A stretch of DNA of 64,000 nucleotides from Myxococcota bacterium (GCA_046757685.1 JBHHYV010000004.1:1403-65402), one strand, 5' to 3'; counted from the first letter of the stretch, positions 1-9,674 are shown. Numbers and translations: made by a program. Notes: generated by a model not told the origin, from the letters alone.

Positions 1-1217
1 CGCGGCATCGAGCCGGTCAGCGCACGAGCCTGCTACCGCTTCCTCGTGCGCTGGCAGCACCTGCACCCCGAGACGCGACTCGCCGGGGAGGCGGGCACCC
101 GCGAGGCCATCGCGCAGCTCTCGGGGTTCGAGGCCGCCGCCGGAGCCTGGGAGTCCCAGCTGCTGACCGCTCGCATCGCGGGCTATCGTCCCGAGCTCCT
201 CGATCGACTCTGTCTGTGCGGCGAGGTGGCCTGGGGCCGGCTGGCTCCCGCAGCGCTCGAGGCGCGCTCGCGACCGTCGCGCGCCACACCGATCGCGCTG
301 TTCCCGCGCGACGATCTCGACGCGCTGCTCGAGAGTGCGCGGCCGTCGGTCCCTCGCGAGGCCGACGCCGCGCCGCTCGGTGGTCCGGCGCAGCGGGTTC
401 TCGAGCTGCTCGATCAACGCGGCGCGCTCTTCGCGAGCGAGATCCAGAAGCGGAGCCGGCTGCTTGCGGTGCAGGTCGAAGAGGCCTTGCGCGAGCTGGT
501 CGCTCGCGGGCGAATCACCTGCGACGGCTTCGCGCCCCTGCGCCGGCTGCTGACGGGCGCTCGCCCGCGTGCACGCCCTCGACCCGGGCGCCTGCGGATC
601 ACCCCGAACGGGGTCACTCGACCGGGCGTGGCTCGTGGCTCGGGCGCGAGCGCGGGCATGGAGGGACGATGGCGAAGGTGGCCCGCACCGCCGATCTCGC
701 CCTCGAGTGCGCCGAGACCGGCGACCTCGACCGGGAGACGCTCGCGCAGGGAATGGCCGAGCGGCTGCTTCGCCGCTACGGCGTGGTGTTCCGGGATCTG
801 CTCGCGCGCGAGTGGCTGCCGGAAGGCTGGCGTCCCATCCACCGCGCACTGCGCCAGATGGAAGCGCGCGGCACGGTGCGCGGGGGGCGCTTCGTGAGTG
901 GTTTCGTCGGTGAGCAGTTCGCCCTGCCCGAGGCGGTTCCACTGCTGCGCCGGGAGCGCGCGGCCGATCCCGATGCCATCGAGATCCGGATCGGAGCGGC
1001 GGACCCCCTCAACCTGGCCGGGATCCTGACCCCGGGTCCCCGGGTCGCGGCGGGGCCTGCGCGAGCCCTGATCGTCCGGGACGGCCTGCCCGTCGCGGGG
1101 ATCGAACGCGGGACTCGCAGGGAGCTCGGCGGCTCAGGCGGGAGCGACCTCGACGCGGATCCCGGTCATGTGGGCCTGGCTCGAGAGGGGCTCGAAGCTT
1201 CCCGGCCCCGCCGGTAG
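1..1217 (+). CDS. lhr: C-terminal part of Lhr-family DEAD/DEAH helicase (5'-truncated by window edge; apparent 1-nt frameshift at ~671)
   Basis: Frame +1 reads FLVRWQHL..QLSGFEAAAGAWESQLLTARI..LDRLCLCGEVAWGRL..LRELVARGRITCDGF..EGRW. Frame +3 continues with LLRRYGVVFRDLLARE..EARGTVRGGRFVSGFVGEQFALPEAV..AADPLNLAGIL. These are typical Lhr C-terminal motifs. One extra G at 671-672 joins the two frames. Confidence 0.85.
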   Translation, partial: RHRAGQRTSLLPLPRALAAPAPRDATRRGGGHPRGHRAALGVRGRRRSLGVPAADRSHRGLSSRAPRSTLSVRRGGLGPAGSRSARGALATVARHTDRAVPARRSRRAARECAAVGPSRGRRRAARWSGAAGSRAARSTRRALRERDPEAEPAACGAGRRGLARAGRSRANHLRRLRAPAPAADGRSPACTPSTRAPADHPERGHSTGRGSWLGRERGHGGTMAKVARTADLALECAETGDLDRETLAQGMAERLLRRYGVVFRDLLAREWLPEGWRPIHRALRQMEARGTVRGGRFVSGFVGEQFALPEAVPLLRRERAADPDAIEIRIGAADPLNLAGILTPGPRVAAGPARALIVRDGLPVAGIERGTRRELGGSGGSDLDADPGHVGLAREGLEASRPRR

Positions 1218-3248
1218 CAGGATGTTCGCGTTGGCGCCCGGGTGGCGTTGCGCGACCTGCATGCCCGAGGTCCTCGCGTTGCCCCAGCCGTGGGTCATGG
1301 CGACGACACCGGGCCGGAGGCTCTCGTCGAGACGGATCTGGGTCTCGACCTCTCCATGGGCGCTCTTCACCGATACGCGTGCCGCATCCGCGAAGCCACG
1401 GCTGCGGGCATCCTCGGGATTCATGTGCAGCCAGTTGCGATCGTGCAGGCCACGCTTGAGTCGAGGCAGGTTCTGGTACCAGGTGTTGTGCATGTAGGGC
1501 GTCCGCAGGGTGATCAGCTTCAGCACCTCGGGGCCTTCGGCTCGTAGCTGCTCGAAGATCTCCTCGCAGCGCTCGAGGGCACCCGAGAAGCCCGGCGGGC
1601 AGCAATCCACCCGGCCGTCTTCGGTCTGGATCACCTCGTCGTAGAAGCGTCCCGGCTCGGAGCGGGGAAGAACCACGCCGCGCGCATCCCGCTTGAGATC
1701 CGCGAGCGAGAGCCGCGAGCGGGCGAGCATGTGCTCCATCCGCTGCCAGACCAGCGCCTCGGGGTCGGCAGCGTCGAGCGCGGAACGCTGGCCCATTGCC
1801 TGGGCCAGGCGCGCGAAGATCCACCACTCCTCCCGGCGCTCGTCGCGGGGCGGCACCACCGGCTCACCGAGCTGGACCCAGGGCCTGTGCTGGAGCCCCA
1901 GACCCGCGATGTTGAGGTCCGCACGCTCGAGCCAGTCGGTCGCGGGCAGGTTGAAGTGCGCGAGCTCGCCCGTGGCGGTCCGGTAGAGATCGATCGTGAC
2001 CAGGAGCTCGAGCTTCGAGAACGCGCGGCGCAGGGCGGGCTCGCCCGCCACCGAGAGCAGCGGATTGCCCGCCACCACGATCAGCGCCCGCAGGGGCTGC
2101 GGGTGCTCCTCGATGTACTGTGCGAGCAGGTTGGCGGGCAGCGTCCCGCGGCGGAGCGGCCCAAAGGGACTCTCCCGGAAGGCGTCGTCGGGACCCCCCC
2201 GGCCGGCGCGGCTGTTGGGGTAGAAGCCGTCCGACTTGAGATTGCCGCCGCGCCGATCGAGATTGCCGGTGACGAAGGAGAGCATGTGCAGGAGCCAGTA
2301 GGCGAGCGTGCCCTGGCGTCCCATGTTCACGCCCGTCGACATGTGCACGGCCGCGCGCTCCGCCCTTGCGAACTCGGCGGCCAGACCCCGGATCTCGGAG
2401 GCCGCGAGACCGACGACGGGGGCCACGCGATCGGCCGGGTAGCGACGCACGAAGCTGCGCAGCGCCTCGATGCGCGTGGCGTGCGCGGCCACGACCTCGG
2501 CGTCGAAGCCGACCGTCGCATCGATCTCGGCGAGCATGGCCGCGAGCAGGTACACGTCGGTGTCGGGCCGGATCTGCACCACGTCTCCGACCTCGGGACC
2601 CGCCGACTCGATCCGGCGCGGATTCACGAAGCGGATCGTGGCGCCGCGCCGACGCGCGTCCTTCAGCACGCGCATGGGGTCGGCGATCGCGAGAAAGCTC
2701 ATGTGGCTGACGCGCGGGTTCTCGCCGAAGATCAGCAGGTGGTCGCAGTGATCGAGGTCGGGAACCGGATGGATCGTGCTCGAGCCGAAGACCGCCTCGC
2801 TGCCCGCGAACTTGTTCGCACAGTCCTGCGTGCCCGAGCTGAATCCCCGCCTCACGCCGAGGGTTCTGAAGAAGCCGGAAGCAGCCGCACCGAGCAGCGC
2901 GTTGAAGGCGCTCGGGTTGCCAATGTAGGAGCCCACGGCCTCGGGTCCGTAGCGGGACAGGAGGCCCTTCAGGCGGCCGGCGATCTCGTCGACCGCCTCG
3001 TCCCACGAGAGCTTCTCGAAGCGCCCGTCTTCGCGACGCCTCTCGGGGTAGCCCAGGCGGTCGGGATCGCGATGGATGTCGATCGACGCGAGCCCCTTGT
3101 GGCACGCAAACCCGCGGGTGACCGGGTGCTCCCGGTCGGGACGAAGACCCTGGAGCTCGCCCTCCCCCACGGTGGCGACCAGCCCGCAGGCGGGCTCGCA
3201 GACCCTGCAGAAGGTAGGGACCTCGTGGCGCCCGCCGTCGCTCTCCAC
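1134..3248 (-). CDS. Molybdopterin (bis-MGD) oxidoreductase, cytoplasmic, uncharacterised clade
   Basis: N-terminal 4Fe-4S motif TFCRVCEPACG..GFACHKG, GENPRVSH, IRPDTD and C-terminal MGD-binding domain (HMNPEDA..PGVVAMTHGWG). GTG start at 3248 chosen, 20 nt after the thiolase stop. No Tat signal seen. Confidence 0.88.
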   Translation of the reverse strand: MESDGGRHEVPTFCRVCEPACGLVATVGEGELQGLRPDREHPVTRGFACHKGLASIDIHRDPDRLGYPERRREDGRFEKLSWDEAVDEIAGRLKGLLSRYGPEAVGSYIGNPSAFNALLGAAASGFFRTLGVRRGFSSGTQDCANKFAGSEAVFGSSTIHPVPDLDHCDHLLIFGENPRVSHMSFLAIADPMRVLKDARRRGATIRFVNPRRIESAGPEVGDVVQIRPDTDVYLLAAMLAEIDATVGFDAEVVAAHATRIEALRSFVRRYPADRVAPVVGLAASEIRGLAAEFARAERAAVHMSTGVNMGRQGTLAYWLLHMLSFVTGNLDRRGGNLKSDGFYPNSRAGRGGPDDAFRESPFGPLRRGTLPANLLAQYIEEHPQPLRALIVVAGNPLLSVAGEPALRRAFSKLELLVTIDLYRTATGELAHFNLPATDWLERADLNIAGLGLQHRPWVQLGEPVVPPRDERREEWWIFARLAQAMGQRSALDAADPEALVWQRMEHMLARSRLSLADLKRDARGVVLPRSEPGRFYDEVIQTEDGRVDCCPPGFSGALERCEEIFEQLRAEGPEVLKLITLRTPYMHNTWYQNLPRLKRGLHDRNWLHMNPEDARSRGFADAARVSVKSAHGEVETQIRLDESLRPGVVAMTHGWGNARTSGMQVAQRHPGANANILLPAGPGSFEPLSSQAHMTGIRVEVAPA

Positions 3249-3268
3249 GCTGGGCCCCCCGGCCGCGC

Positions 3269-4450
3269 CTAGTCGCCGCGGCCGACGACCGACACGAAGC
3301 TCACGCAACGCCCGGGGGCCCCACCCAGGTTGTGGGTCAGGCCCAGCTGCGGGTTGGCGATCTGCCGCTCGCCCGCCTCGCCCCGAAGCTGCAGCCACAT
3401 CTCGTACATCATCCGCAGGCCGCTGGCGCCGATCGGGTGGCCGAAGCTCTTGAGCCCTCCATCCGGATTGATCGGCTGCGGACCGTCGCCATCGAAGCGA
3501 CCCTCCTGGACATCCTTCCAGGCCTGCCCGCGGGGCGAGAAGCCGAGATCCTCCATCAGGACCAGCTCGGTCGGCGTGAAGCAGTCATGGACCTCGGCCA
3601 TGCTGATCTGCTCGCGCGCGTCGGTCACCCCCGCCTGCTTGTAGGCATCCTGCGCGCTGGCCACGACCTCGGGGAAGGTCGTGAAGTCGTAGTCCTGGCT
3701 GTAGTAGCCCTCCGCCGGTCCGGCCGAGAACGCCAGCGCCTTGATGAAGATGGGGTTGTCGCAGTAGCGGTGCGCATCCTCGGCCCGGCACAGGATGGCG
3801 CACGCCGAGCCGTCGCTGACCCCGGAGCAGTCGAAGATCCCGAGCGCTCCCGCGACCCGCGGCGAGGCCTTGATCTTCTCGAGGGGCACCTCCCTGCGAA
3901 ACTGCGCCTTCGGGTTCTTGGCGCCGTTTACGTGGTTCTTCCAGGCGATCCGCGAGAGCACGTCCTTCATCGTGTCTTCGTCGACGCCGTACTTCTTCGC
4001 GTAGGCCGGGACCAGCAACGAGAAGGTGGCGGGGGCGGTCATGGCCGACTCGGTGCCGTCGGAGGGCGGGCGGGAACCCGTCAGTCCCGAGAAGCCCGAG
4101 TCCTTGAGCTTCTCGACGCCGACCGCCATGACCAGGTCGTAGGCACCGCTCGCGACCGCATAGGCCGCATTGCGCATGGCCTCGCTCCCGGTCGCACACA
4201 TGTTCTCGAGCCGCGTGACGGGCTTGTAGGGAATCTTCAGGGGCTCCGAGAGCACCAGGCCCGAAGTCCCGCTGCCCATCGTCCCCAGCCAGAACGCATC
4301 GATCTGGTCGGCCTCGATCTCGGAGGTCTGAAAGGCCTCGCCGGTCGCCTCGACCAGCAGATCGCTCACGCCCTTGTCCCAGTGCTCGCCGAAGGGCGTG
4401 CAGCCCATTCCGACGATGGCTACCCGGTCGCGGATTCCGTTGCTCGCCAT
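3269..4450 (-). CDS. SCP2/PhlC-type thiolase (acetyl-CoA acetyltransferase family)
   Basis: VAIVGMGCTPFGE, ENMCATGS (nucleophile Cys), EVHDCFT, NPDGGLKSFGHPIGASG, THNLGG; RBS GGAG. Confidence 0.92.
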   Translation of the reverse strand: MASNGIRDRVAIVGMGCTPFGEHWDKGVSDLLVEATGEAFQTSEIEADQIDAFWLGTMGSGTSGLVLSEPLKIPYKPVTRLENMCATGSEAMRNAAYAVASGAYDLVMAVGVEKLKDSGFSGLTGSRPPSDGTESAMTAPATFSLLVPAYAKKYGVDEDTMKDVLSRIAWKNHVNGAKNPKAQFRREVPLEKIKASPRVAGALGIFDCSGVSDGSACAILCRAEDAHRYCDNPIFIKALAFSAGPAEGYYSQDYDFTTFPEVVASAQDAYKQAGVTDAREQISMAEVHDCFTPTELVLMEDLGFSPRGQAWKDVQEGRFDGDGPQPINPDGGLKSFGHPIGASGLRMMYEMWLQLRGEAGERQIANPQLGLTHNLGGAPGRCVSFVSVVGRGD

Positions 4451-4543
4451 CTCGACTCCTTCGGGCGACTCGCTCGCCCCGCTCGATTCGATCTTAGCCC
4501 AGAGCGCGCCCCGCCGACGCTCCGGCGGGCCCCGGGCGCCTGC

Positions 4544-5929
4544 CTAGCGGCGCGGCCGCGCCTTCCAGAAGTAGTTGTGAACCCCCTGGCCGGTGAAGAG
4601 CCGCCGGAAGGTCATCTCGAGCTCCATCCCGATCTCGACCACCGACGGGTCCACGTCGGTCAGCTGGCCGTTGGTGCGGCCTCCCCCCTCGTAGTCGAGG
4701 ATCGCCGCCACCACCGGCGGCTGCAGCGTGTAGGCGAGGTGATCGAGGGTGAAGGTGGCGACCCGGCAGGGAACCTCGGCGTAGGGCTCCGGATCCATCT
4801 GGTCCACGGCCGCGCACTTCACGCAGACGCGCTGCGGCGGCAGGTGACCGGCCCCGCACGCGCGACAGCGGCTCCCGACGTAGGAGAACTTCCAGGCCTC
4901 GGCCCGGCGGCTCGGCGGCGCGGCGGGCCGCTCGGGATCGGGGCGCCGGGGCGGCTCGAAGGGCAGCACCCCGCGCCACTTCAGGTAGCTCAGGTACGCC
5001 AGGTCGTCTCGCTTCGAGGCGATCCAGGCATCGACCGTGTGCGCCGGTCGGCAGTCCGCGATCCGCCCGGTCACCTCGAGGACGACCGCGTCGCAGCCAT
5101 CCGCCGCGGAAAGCACCAGGATGCGGTCGCCGGGCGCGGCCGCGTCGAGGGCACGGGCGAGCAGCAGACACGCGTGGGCGGCGCCGCAGCGACCGACCGA
5201 GTCGGCGAGCCCATCGGCGACCTGCTCGGGCTTGAGCCCGAGCGCGCGCGGGATCGCCGCCAGCGCGCGCGGATTGGTGCCGTCGAGGATCGTCAGCTTG
5301 AGGTCCGAAGGCTGCACCCCGGCGTCCTTCAGCGCGCGCTCCGCGGCATCGACGAGCAGCGCCGTGGCGATCTCGGCACCGAAGCGCACCTCCCACTGGT
5401 GGGCGAAGGGCTCGTCCGGCAGCCGCCACACATCGAGCAGCTCCTGGGTCGCGGCCGCCCGACCGATCAGCCTCGCTCCCGCCTCGGTCTCGTCACCGAG
5501 CACGAACGCAGCCGCCGCGTCGCCTCCACCCGATTCGCGCGCCCCACCCGGAGCACCCACGACCACGTCGGAGGCAACGCAGAGGGTTCGCGTCCCGGCC
5601 TGGGCCATGTCGGCTGCGAGCCACAGGGACGAGAGGCCCGCCCGGCTCGTGGCCCCGAGCTCGAGCGAGCGGAGCGACTCGGGCAGGGCGCAGGCCGCCT
5701 GCAGCGTGGCCGCGTTCAGCTTCTCGGCGTAGGGGGGACTGGTCGTCGCAAAGACCAGCGCCGCCGGGGGAGCGGCTCCCCGCAGCGCCTCGCGCGCGGC
5801 CTCCACTCCCATCGACACCGAGTCCTCGTCATAGCTCGCGGTCGCGCGCTCTCCCTTGCCGGCGCCGATCGCGGAGCGCGCGAGGCGAAAATAGGGGATA
5901 TAGCTTCCGTAGCGGACGATTCCGGACAC
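4544..5929 (-). CDS. HMG-CoA-synthase-like domain fused to DUF35 (Zn ribbon + OB fold)
   Basis: GIVRYGSYIPYFRL, DEDSVSMGVEAA and GGDAAAAF (HMGS/FabH fold). C-terminal CRAC..CVKC and OB fold ending GMELEMTFRR..HNYFWKARP. RBS GAGGAG before GTG 5929. Confidence 0.88.
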   Translation of the reverse strand: MSGIVRYGSYIPYFRLARSAIGAGKGERATASYDEDSVSMGVEAAREALRGAAPPAALVFATTSPPYAEKLNAATLQAACALPESLRSLELGATSRAGLSSLWLAADMAQAGTRTLCVASDVVVGAPGGARESGGGDAAAAFVLGDETEAGARLIGRAAATQELLDVWRLPDEPFAHQWEVRFGAEIATALLVDAAERALKDAGVQPSDLKLTILDGTNPRALAAIPRALGLKPEQVADGLADSVGRCGAAHACLLLARALDAAAPGDRILVLSAADGCDAVVLEVTGRIADCRPAHTVDAWIASKRDDLAYLSYLKWRGVLPFEPPRRPDPERPAAPPSRRAEAWKFSYVGSRCRACGAGHLPPQRVCVKCAAVDQMDPEPYAEVPCRVATFTLDHLAYTLQPPVVAAILDYEGGGRTNGQLTDVDPSVVEIGMELEMTFRRLFTGQGVHNYFWKARPRR

Positions 5930-5991
5930 CTTTGCGCTCCTCATCGATTGGGCGGCGCCATCATATCAGAGCATCGCGCTACCCTCGGAGC

Positions 5992-6558
5992 ATGCTGCAA
6001 TCCGTCACCGACCCACGCTGGCTGCCGGCGGCGGTCTCCGATCCCGACCGGTTGCTCGGCGACCTGGCGCACGCCGAAAAGAAGGCCGCCGCCCAGGCCC
6101 TCTCGCTGGTCTCGGCCGACGCGGGGCGCGCGCGCCTGGTCCGCCAGCTCTCGTCCCTTGCGATCGAGGAGCTCGGCCACTTCCAGCGCGTCCACGCCGA
6201 GATCCTGCGGCGCGGAGGCGCGCTCGGACCCGATCCGGGTGACCCCTATGTCCAGACCCTGCGCCGGGAGATCCGTCACGGCTCACCCGAGCGCAGCATC
6301 GACCGCCTGCTGGTCGCGGGATTGATCGAGGCACGGTCCCACGAGCGCTTGAGCCTGCTGGCCGAGAGCCCTCTCGACGCCTCGCTGCGCGCGCTCTTCT
6401 CGTCGCTGGCCCGCGCCGAGGCGGGTCACGCGCGTATCTTCGTAGAGCTCGCGGCGGGGATGCCGGGGCCGACGGGGGTCCGCGAGCGGCTCACGCAGCT
6501 GGCGCTACGCGAGGCCGAGATCCTCGCAGCGCTGCCCCTCGAGCCGCGAATCCACTGA
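5992..6558 (+). CDS. miaE: tRNA-(ms2io6A37) hydroxylase MiaE (ferritin-like di-iron)
   Basis: DLAHAEKKAA, EELGHF, DPYV, DRLLVAGLIEARSHER, EAGH, LEPRIH. Confidence 0.88.
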   Translation: MLQSVTDPRWLPAAVSDPDRLLGDLAHAEKKAAAQALSLVSADAGRARLVRQLSSLAIEELGHFQRVHAEILRRGGALGPDPGDPYVQTLRREIRHGSPERSIDRLLVAGLIEARSHERLSLLAESPLDASLRALFSSLARAEAGHARIFVELAAGMPGPTGVRERLTQLALREAEILAALPLEPRIH

Positions 6559-6612
6559 TGCCGCGCCAGACCGGGGGGACGACCCCCGAAGCGCCCGGTG
6601 CCCTGCCCGGGC

Positions 6613-7605
6613 TCAGGGGTGGAGACCGTTCCCCAGCGCCGGGGGCCAGACATACCAGAAGCCCGGCGGGATCCACTGCCGTCCCAGGTCGAGCAGGTGC
6701 ACGTCGACCACCTGGAGCGGGCCGACCGGAGCGCGGCTGTAGAGGTTCTGCTTGTACTCTCGAGGACTGTGGTAGACGACGACCCGGGAGTGCTCGATGC
6801 CTGCGCGTCTCTCGGTCTCGGCGACGCTGTCCTCCAGGTAGCCGATCTCGTCGATCAGTCCGGCTGCGAGTGCCTGGCGAGCGGTGAAGATGCGACCATC
6901 TGCCAGCTTCGCGATCGCCGCCTCGTCGAGAGAAGGCCGGCCGGCCGCCACGACCTCGCGGAAGCGCGCGTAGAGATCGTCGATCACGCTCTGGAGCTGC
7001 GCGCGCTCGTCGGGTCGCATGGGTCGCAGCGGAGAGCCGGCATCCTTGAACTCCGCACTCGTCAGGGTCTGGTTCTGGATGCCCAGCTTCTCCATGAGTC
7101 CCGCCACGTTGACGCCCGCCAGGAGAACTCCGATCGACCCGGTGATCGTCGTCGGGTGTGCCACGATGTGATCTGCGGCCATCGCCACGTAGTAGCCCCC
7201 CGAGGTGGCCAGACCCTGGAGCTGTGCTGTGACCGGCCGCCCCGTCTCCTTCTTGAACTGCTCGATCAGGTGATAGAGGGTCTCACTGGCGGCGACCGTC
7301 CCACCGGGAGAGCGGATGCGCAGCAGCACGGCCGCGACGTCGTCGTCCTCGCGGGCCCGCTCGAGCGCCTCCCGCGCGCGGGCCACCAGGCTGGGGGCCG
7401 TTCCAAGCGCCCGGCGGCGCGGGCTCTCGGTCAGCAGACCCTCGAGCTCGAGCATCAGGATCTTCGGACCCGACTCCCCGAGAACGACGGTCTCGGTCAG
7501 AGGCTGCGAGCGCGTGAAGGCGCCCAGATCCAGGGTACAGGCCGAGAGGGCGAGCAGGATGCTCACGGCCAGCGCCCCGGGCCGCAGGCCCGGCGAAGGG
7601 CTCAA
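6613..7605 (-). CDS. sppA: Signal peptide peptidase SppA (S49), lipoprotein-anchored
   Basis: LRIRSPGGTV, ATSGGYYVA, ITGSIGV, FKDAGSP, DGRIFTARQAL..LIDEIG; lipobox LSAC. The TTG start overlaps the stop of the upstream gene (TTGA). Confidence 0.88.
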   Translation of the reverse strand: MSPSPGLRPGALAVSILLALSACTLDLGAFTRSQPLTETVVLGESGPKILMLELEGLLTESPRRRALGTAPSLVARAREALERAREDDDVAAVLLRIRSPGGTVAASETLYHLIEQFKKETGRPVTAQLQGLATSGGYYVAMAADHIVAHPTTITGSIGVLLAGVNVAGLMEKLGIQNQTLTSAEFKDAGSPLRPMRPDERAQLQSVIDDLYARFREVVAAGRPSLDEAAIAKLADGRIFTARQALAAGLIDEIGYLEDSVAETERRAGIEHSRVVVYHSPREYKQNLYSRAPVGPLQVVDVHLLDLGRQWIPPGFWYVWPPALGNGLHP

Positions 7606-7871
7606 GAGGAGCGACGCCGGGTCGCTCGCTTCTTCTCGGCGCGATAGCGTTCCCAGCGCTTCTTCGCGGCTCGCGAGATCGCGGCCCGCCCCTCCGAGCT
7701 GAGCTGACGCTTGCGCCGAGGTCGGCGGGCGGAGGACTTTACACCTCCCTGACGCGCCATTTCTTCGAGGTCCGCAATCTTGGAGCGCAGTGTCTCGAGC
7801 TGCTTCTCCAACGCGGATTCTTCGGTCTTGAGGGCCCGCACCGCGGTGTGAATCGATCGCTGCCAGGACAT
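7602..7871 (-). CDS. Small basic protein (coiled coil + Arg/Lys-rich tail), putative DNA-binding
   Basis: 89 aa with RBS GGGGGAG. N-terminal heptad helix, then RRKRQLSSEGRAAISRAAKKRWERYRAEKK. Confidence 0.75.
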   Translation of the reverse strand: MSWQRSIHTAVRALKTEESALEKQLETLRSKIADLEEMARQGGVKSSARRPRRKRQLSSEGRAAISRAAKKRWERYRAEKKRATRRRSS

Positions 7872-7995
7872 GAAGCATCTCCCCCGTGCCGGGAAGCGGT
7901 TAGCTTAGGCAGGGCCTCTGGCCTTGTCGACCGCCGATTTGACCGGCACGCTTGCGGCGGTCCGCCCCGGCGCGGATCTGGAAGGAACGTTCGAC

Positions 7996-8877
7996 ATGGC
8001 TCGTCCCCAGGATGAACTGGTGCGCGCCCTCTCGGCCGAGGGGGACCTCTCGATCCGGGCGATCGTGGGAACCTCCCTGGTGGCCGAGGCCGCCCGGCGC
8101 CACCGGACGGCGCCCACCGCGACGGCCGCCCTCGGACGCGCACTGATGGGTGCGATCCTGCTGGCGAGCGGGAGCAGTCCCGAAGAGCGCGTCCAGCTCG
8201 AGTTCCGAGGCGACGGTCCGCTGGGCGGCCTGACTGCCATCGCCGACGGATCGGCTCGCGCTCGCGGCTACGTCTCGCGACCCGGCACCCATCCGCCCCC
8301 ACGAGAGGGGAAGCTGGACGTCGCCCGCGCGGTCGGGAGCGGACTTCTCGGGGTCGTCCGCTCCCACCCCTCGCGCCGCGAGCCCTATCGCGGCGTCGTG
8401 CCGCTCACCTCCGGCGAGATCGCCGAGGACCTGGCGCGCTACCTGGACCGGAGTGAGCAGACCGCCTCCGCGGTCGGTCTCGGCGTCTACGTCGCCGCCG
8501 ACGGCTCGGTCGAGGCGGCCGGTGGGTTCCTGGTTCAGGCGCTCCCGGGAGCGTCGAAGACGTCCCTCGAGCGCCTGGAGCGGAACGTTCGAGAGGCCCC
8601 CTCCCCCACAGGGATGCTGCGCTCGGGCCTGGACGCCGATGGCCTCGTGGACACTCTCTTTCACGGAGTCGGGACCCGGGGCCGTCACTCGACACAGCCC
8701 CGCTTCTACTGTGGCTGTGGCAGGGACCGCGTGCTGCGCGCCCTCACCCTGCTCGGGCGCAGCGAGGTCCGCGAGGCCGCGGCGACCGGGGAGACGCTCG
8801 AGGTGCGCTGTGAGTTCTGCGGGGAGAGCTACTCCGTCGAGCCCGACGAGGTCGGCGCGTTGCTCCCCGACGCATGA
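7996..8877 (+). CDS. hslO: Hsp33 redox-regulated chaperone
   Basis: ALGRALMGA, GDGPLGG, SGEIAEDLARYLDRSEQ, AAGGFLVQALPG, Zn centre CGC..CEFC. Confidence 0.95.
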   Translation: MARPQDELVRALSAEGDLSIRAIVGTSLVAEAARRHRTAPTATAALGRALMGAILLASGSSPEERVQLEFRGDGPLGGLTAIADGSARARGYVSRPGTHPPPREGKLDVARAVGSGLLGVVRSHPSRREPYRGVVPLTSGEIAEDLARYLDRSEQTASAVGLGVYVAADGSVEAAGGFLVQALPGASKTSLERLERNVREAPSPTGMLRSGLDADGLVDTLFHGVGTRGRHSTQPRFYCGCGRDRVLRALTLLGRSEVREAAATGETLEVRCEFCGESYSVEPDEVGALLPDA

Positions 8878-9674
8878 GCACCGATCCCACTCCGGGCACC
8901 GTCGACGGAGCCGCACGCCGGGGCCCCAGGGTCGGCCTCTTCGTTCCGTGCTACGTCGATCAGCTCGCACCCGAGGTGGCCTGGGCGACGGTGCGGGTGC
9001 TCGAACGGGCCGGCTGCCAGGTGGTCTTCGACTCGCGCCAGACGTGCTGCGGCCAGCCACTGTTGAATCTCGGCCGGCCCTCCGAGGCCCGCACGCTCGC
9101 AGGGCGGCACCTCACCTGGTTTCGGGATGTCGACTACGTGGTGTCGCCGTCGGCCAGCTGCGTCGCGACCATCCGCGAGCGCTACGGCGCGCTCGGGATC
9201 GCCGCCCGCCCACCCGAGAACGCGATCCGCACGCACACCTTCGAGCTCGCCGAGTTCCTGGTTCGCGTGCTCGATCTCGTCGACGTCGGGGCGCACTTTC
9301 CCCATCGGGTCGCCCTGCTCCAGAGCTGCCACGGGCTGCGAGACCTGGGGCTCGGTCGGCCGAGCGAGCTTGCGGGTGCGGCCCCGCCGGGTCCGGTCGA
9401 GCAGGTTCTCCGCGCGGTGCGAGGTCTGGAGCTGGTCTTCCCGGAGCGACGAGACGAGTGCTGCGGCTTCGGAGGCGCCTTTGCCGTCGAGTCTCCGGAG
9501 ATCTCGACGCGGATCGGCCGCGATCGTCTGCGGGCGCTGGAGGCGACCGGCGCCGAGATCATGACGGGAACGGACTCGAGCTGCCTCTTCCACCTGGAAG
9601 GGCTCCGGCGTCGCGCGGGGGTCGGGCCGCAAGCCCTGCACCTGGCCGAGATCCTGGACCGGAGGCCGGCGTGA
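8874..9674 (+). CDS. lutA: Lactate utilisation Fe-S protein LutA/LldE (CCG domains)
   Basis: LFVPCYVD, QTCCGQP, SASC, SCHGLR, ECCGFGGAF, DSSCLFHL. Confidence 0.9.
   Translation: MSTDPTPGTVDGAARRGPRVGLFVPCYVDQLAPEVAWATVRVLERAGCQVVFDSRQTCCGQPLLNLGRPSEARTLAGRHLTWFRDVDYVVSPSASCVATIRERYGALGIAARPPENAIRTHTFELAEFLVRVLDLVDVGAHFPHRVALLQSCHGLRDLGLGRPSELAGAAPPGPVEQVLRAVRGLELVFPERRDECCGFGGAFAVESPEISTRIGRDRLRALEATGAEIMTGTDSSCLFHLEGLRRRAGVGPQALHLAEILDRRPA

Noticed and set aside
1134-1217. Convergent 3' overlaps (lhr/Mo enzyme 84 bp; apeB/GH172 12 bp; ligase/thioesterase 4 bp)
   Set aside because: These are common in compact GC-rich genomes where stop codons are rare.
3332-6325. Very long alternative ORFs (e.g. 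3332..6325 +, 12272..14611 +, 51724..54879 +, 56896..59745 -)
   Set aside because: They are antisense or off-frame shadows of well-supported genes, with Arg/Pro/Gly-rich low-information translations expected at high GC.
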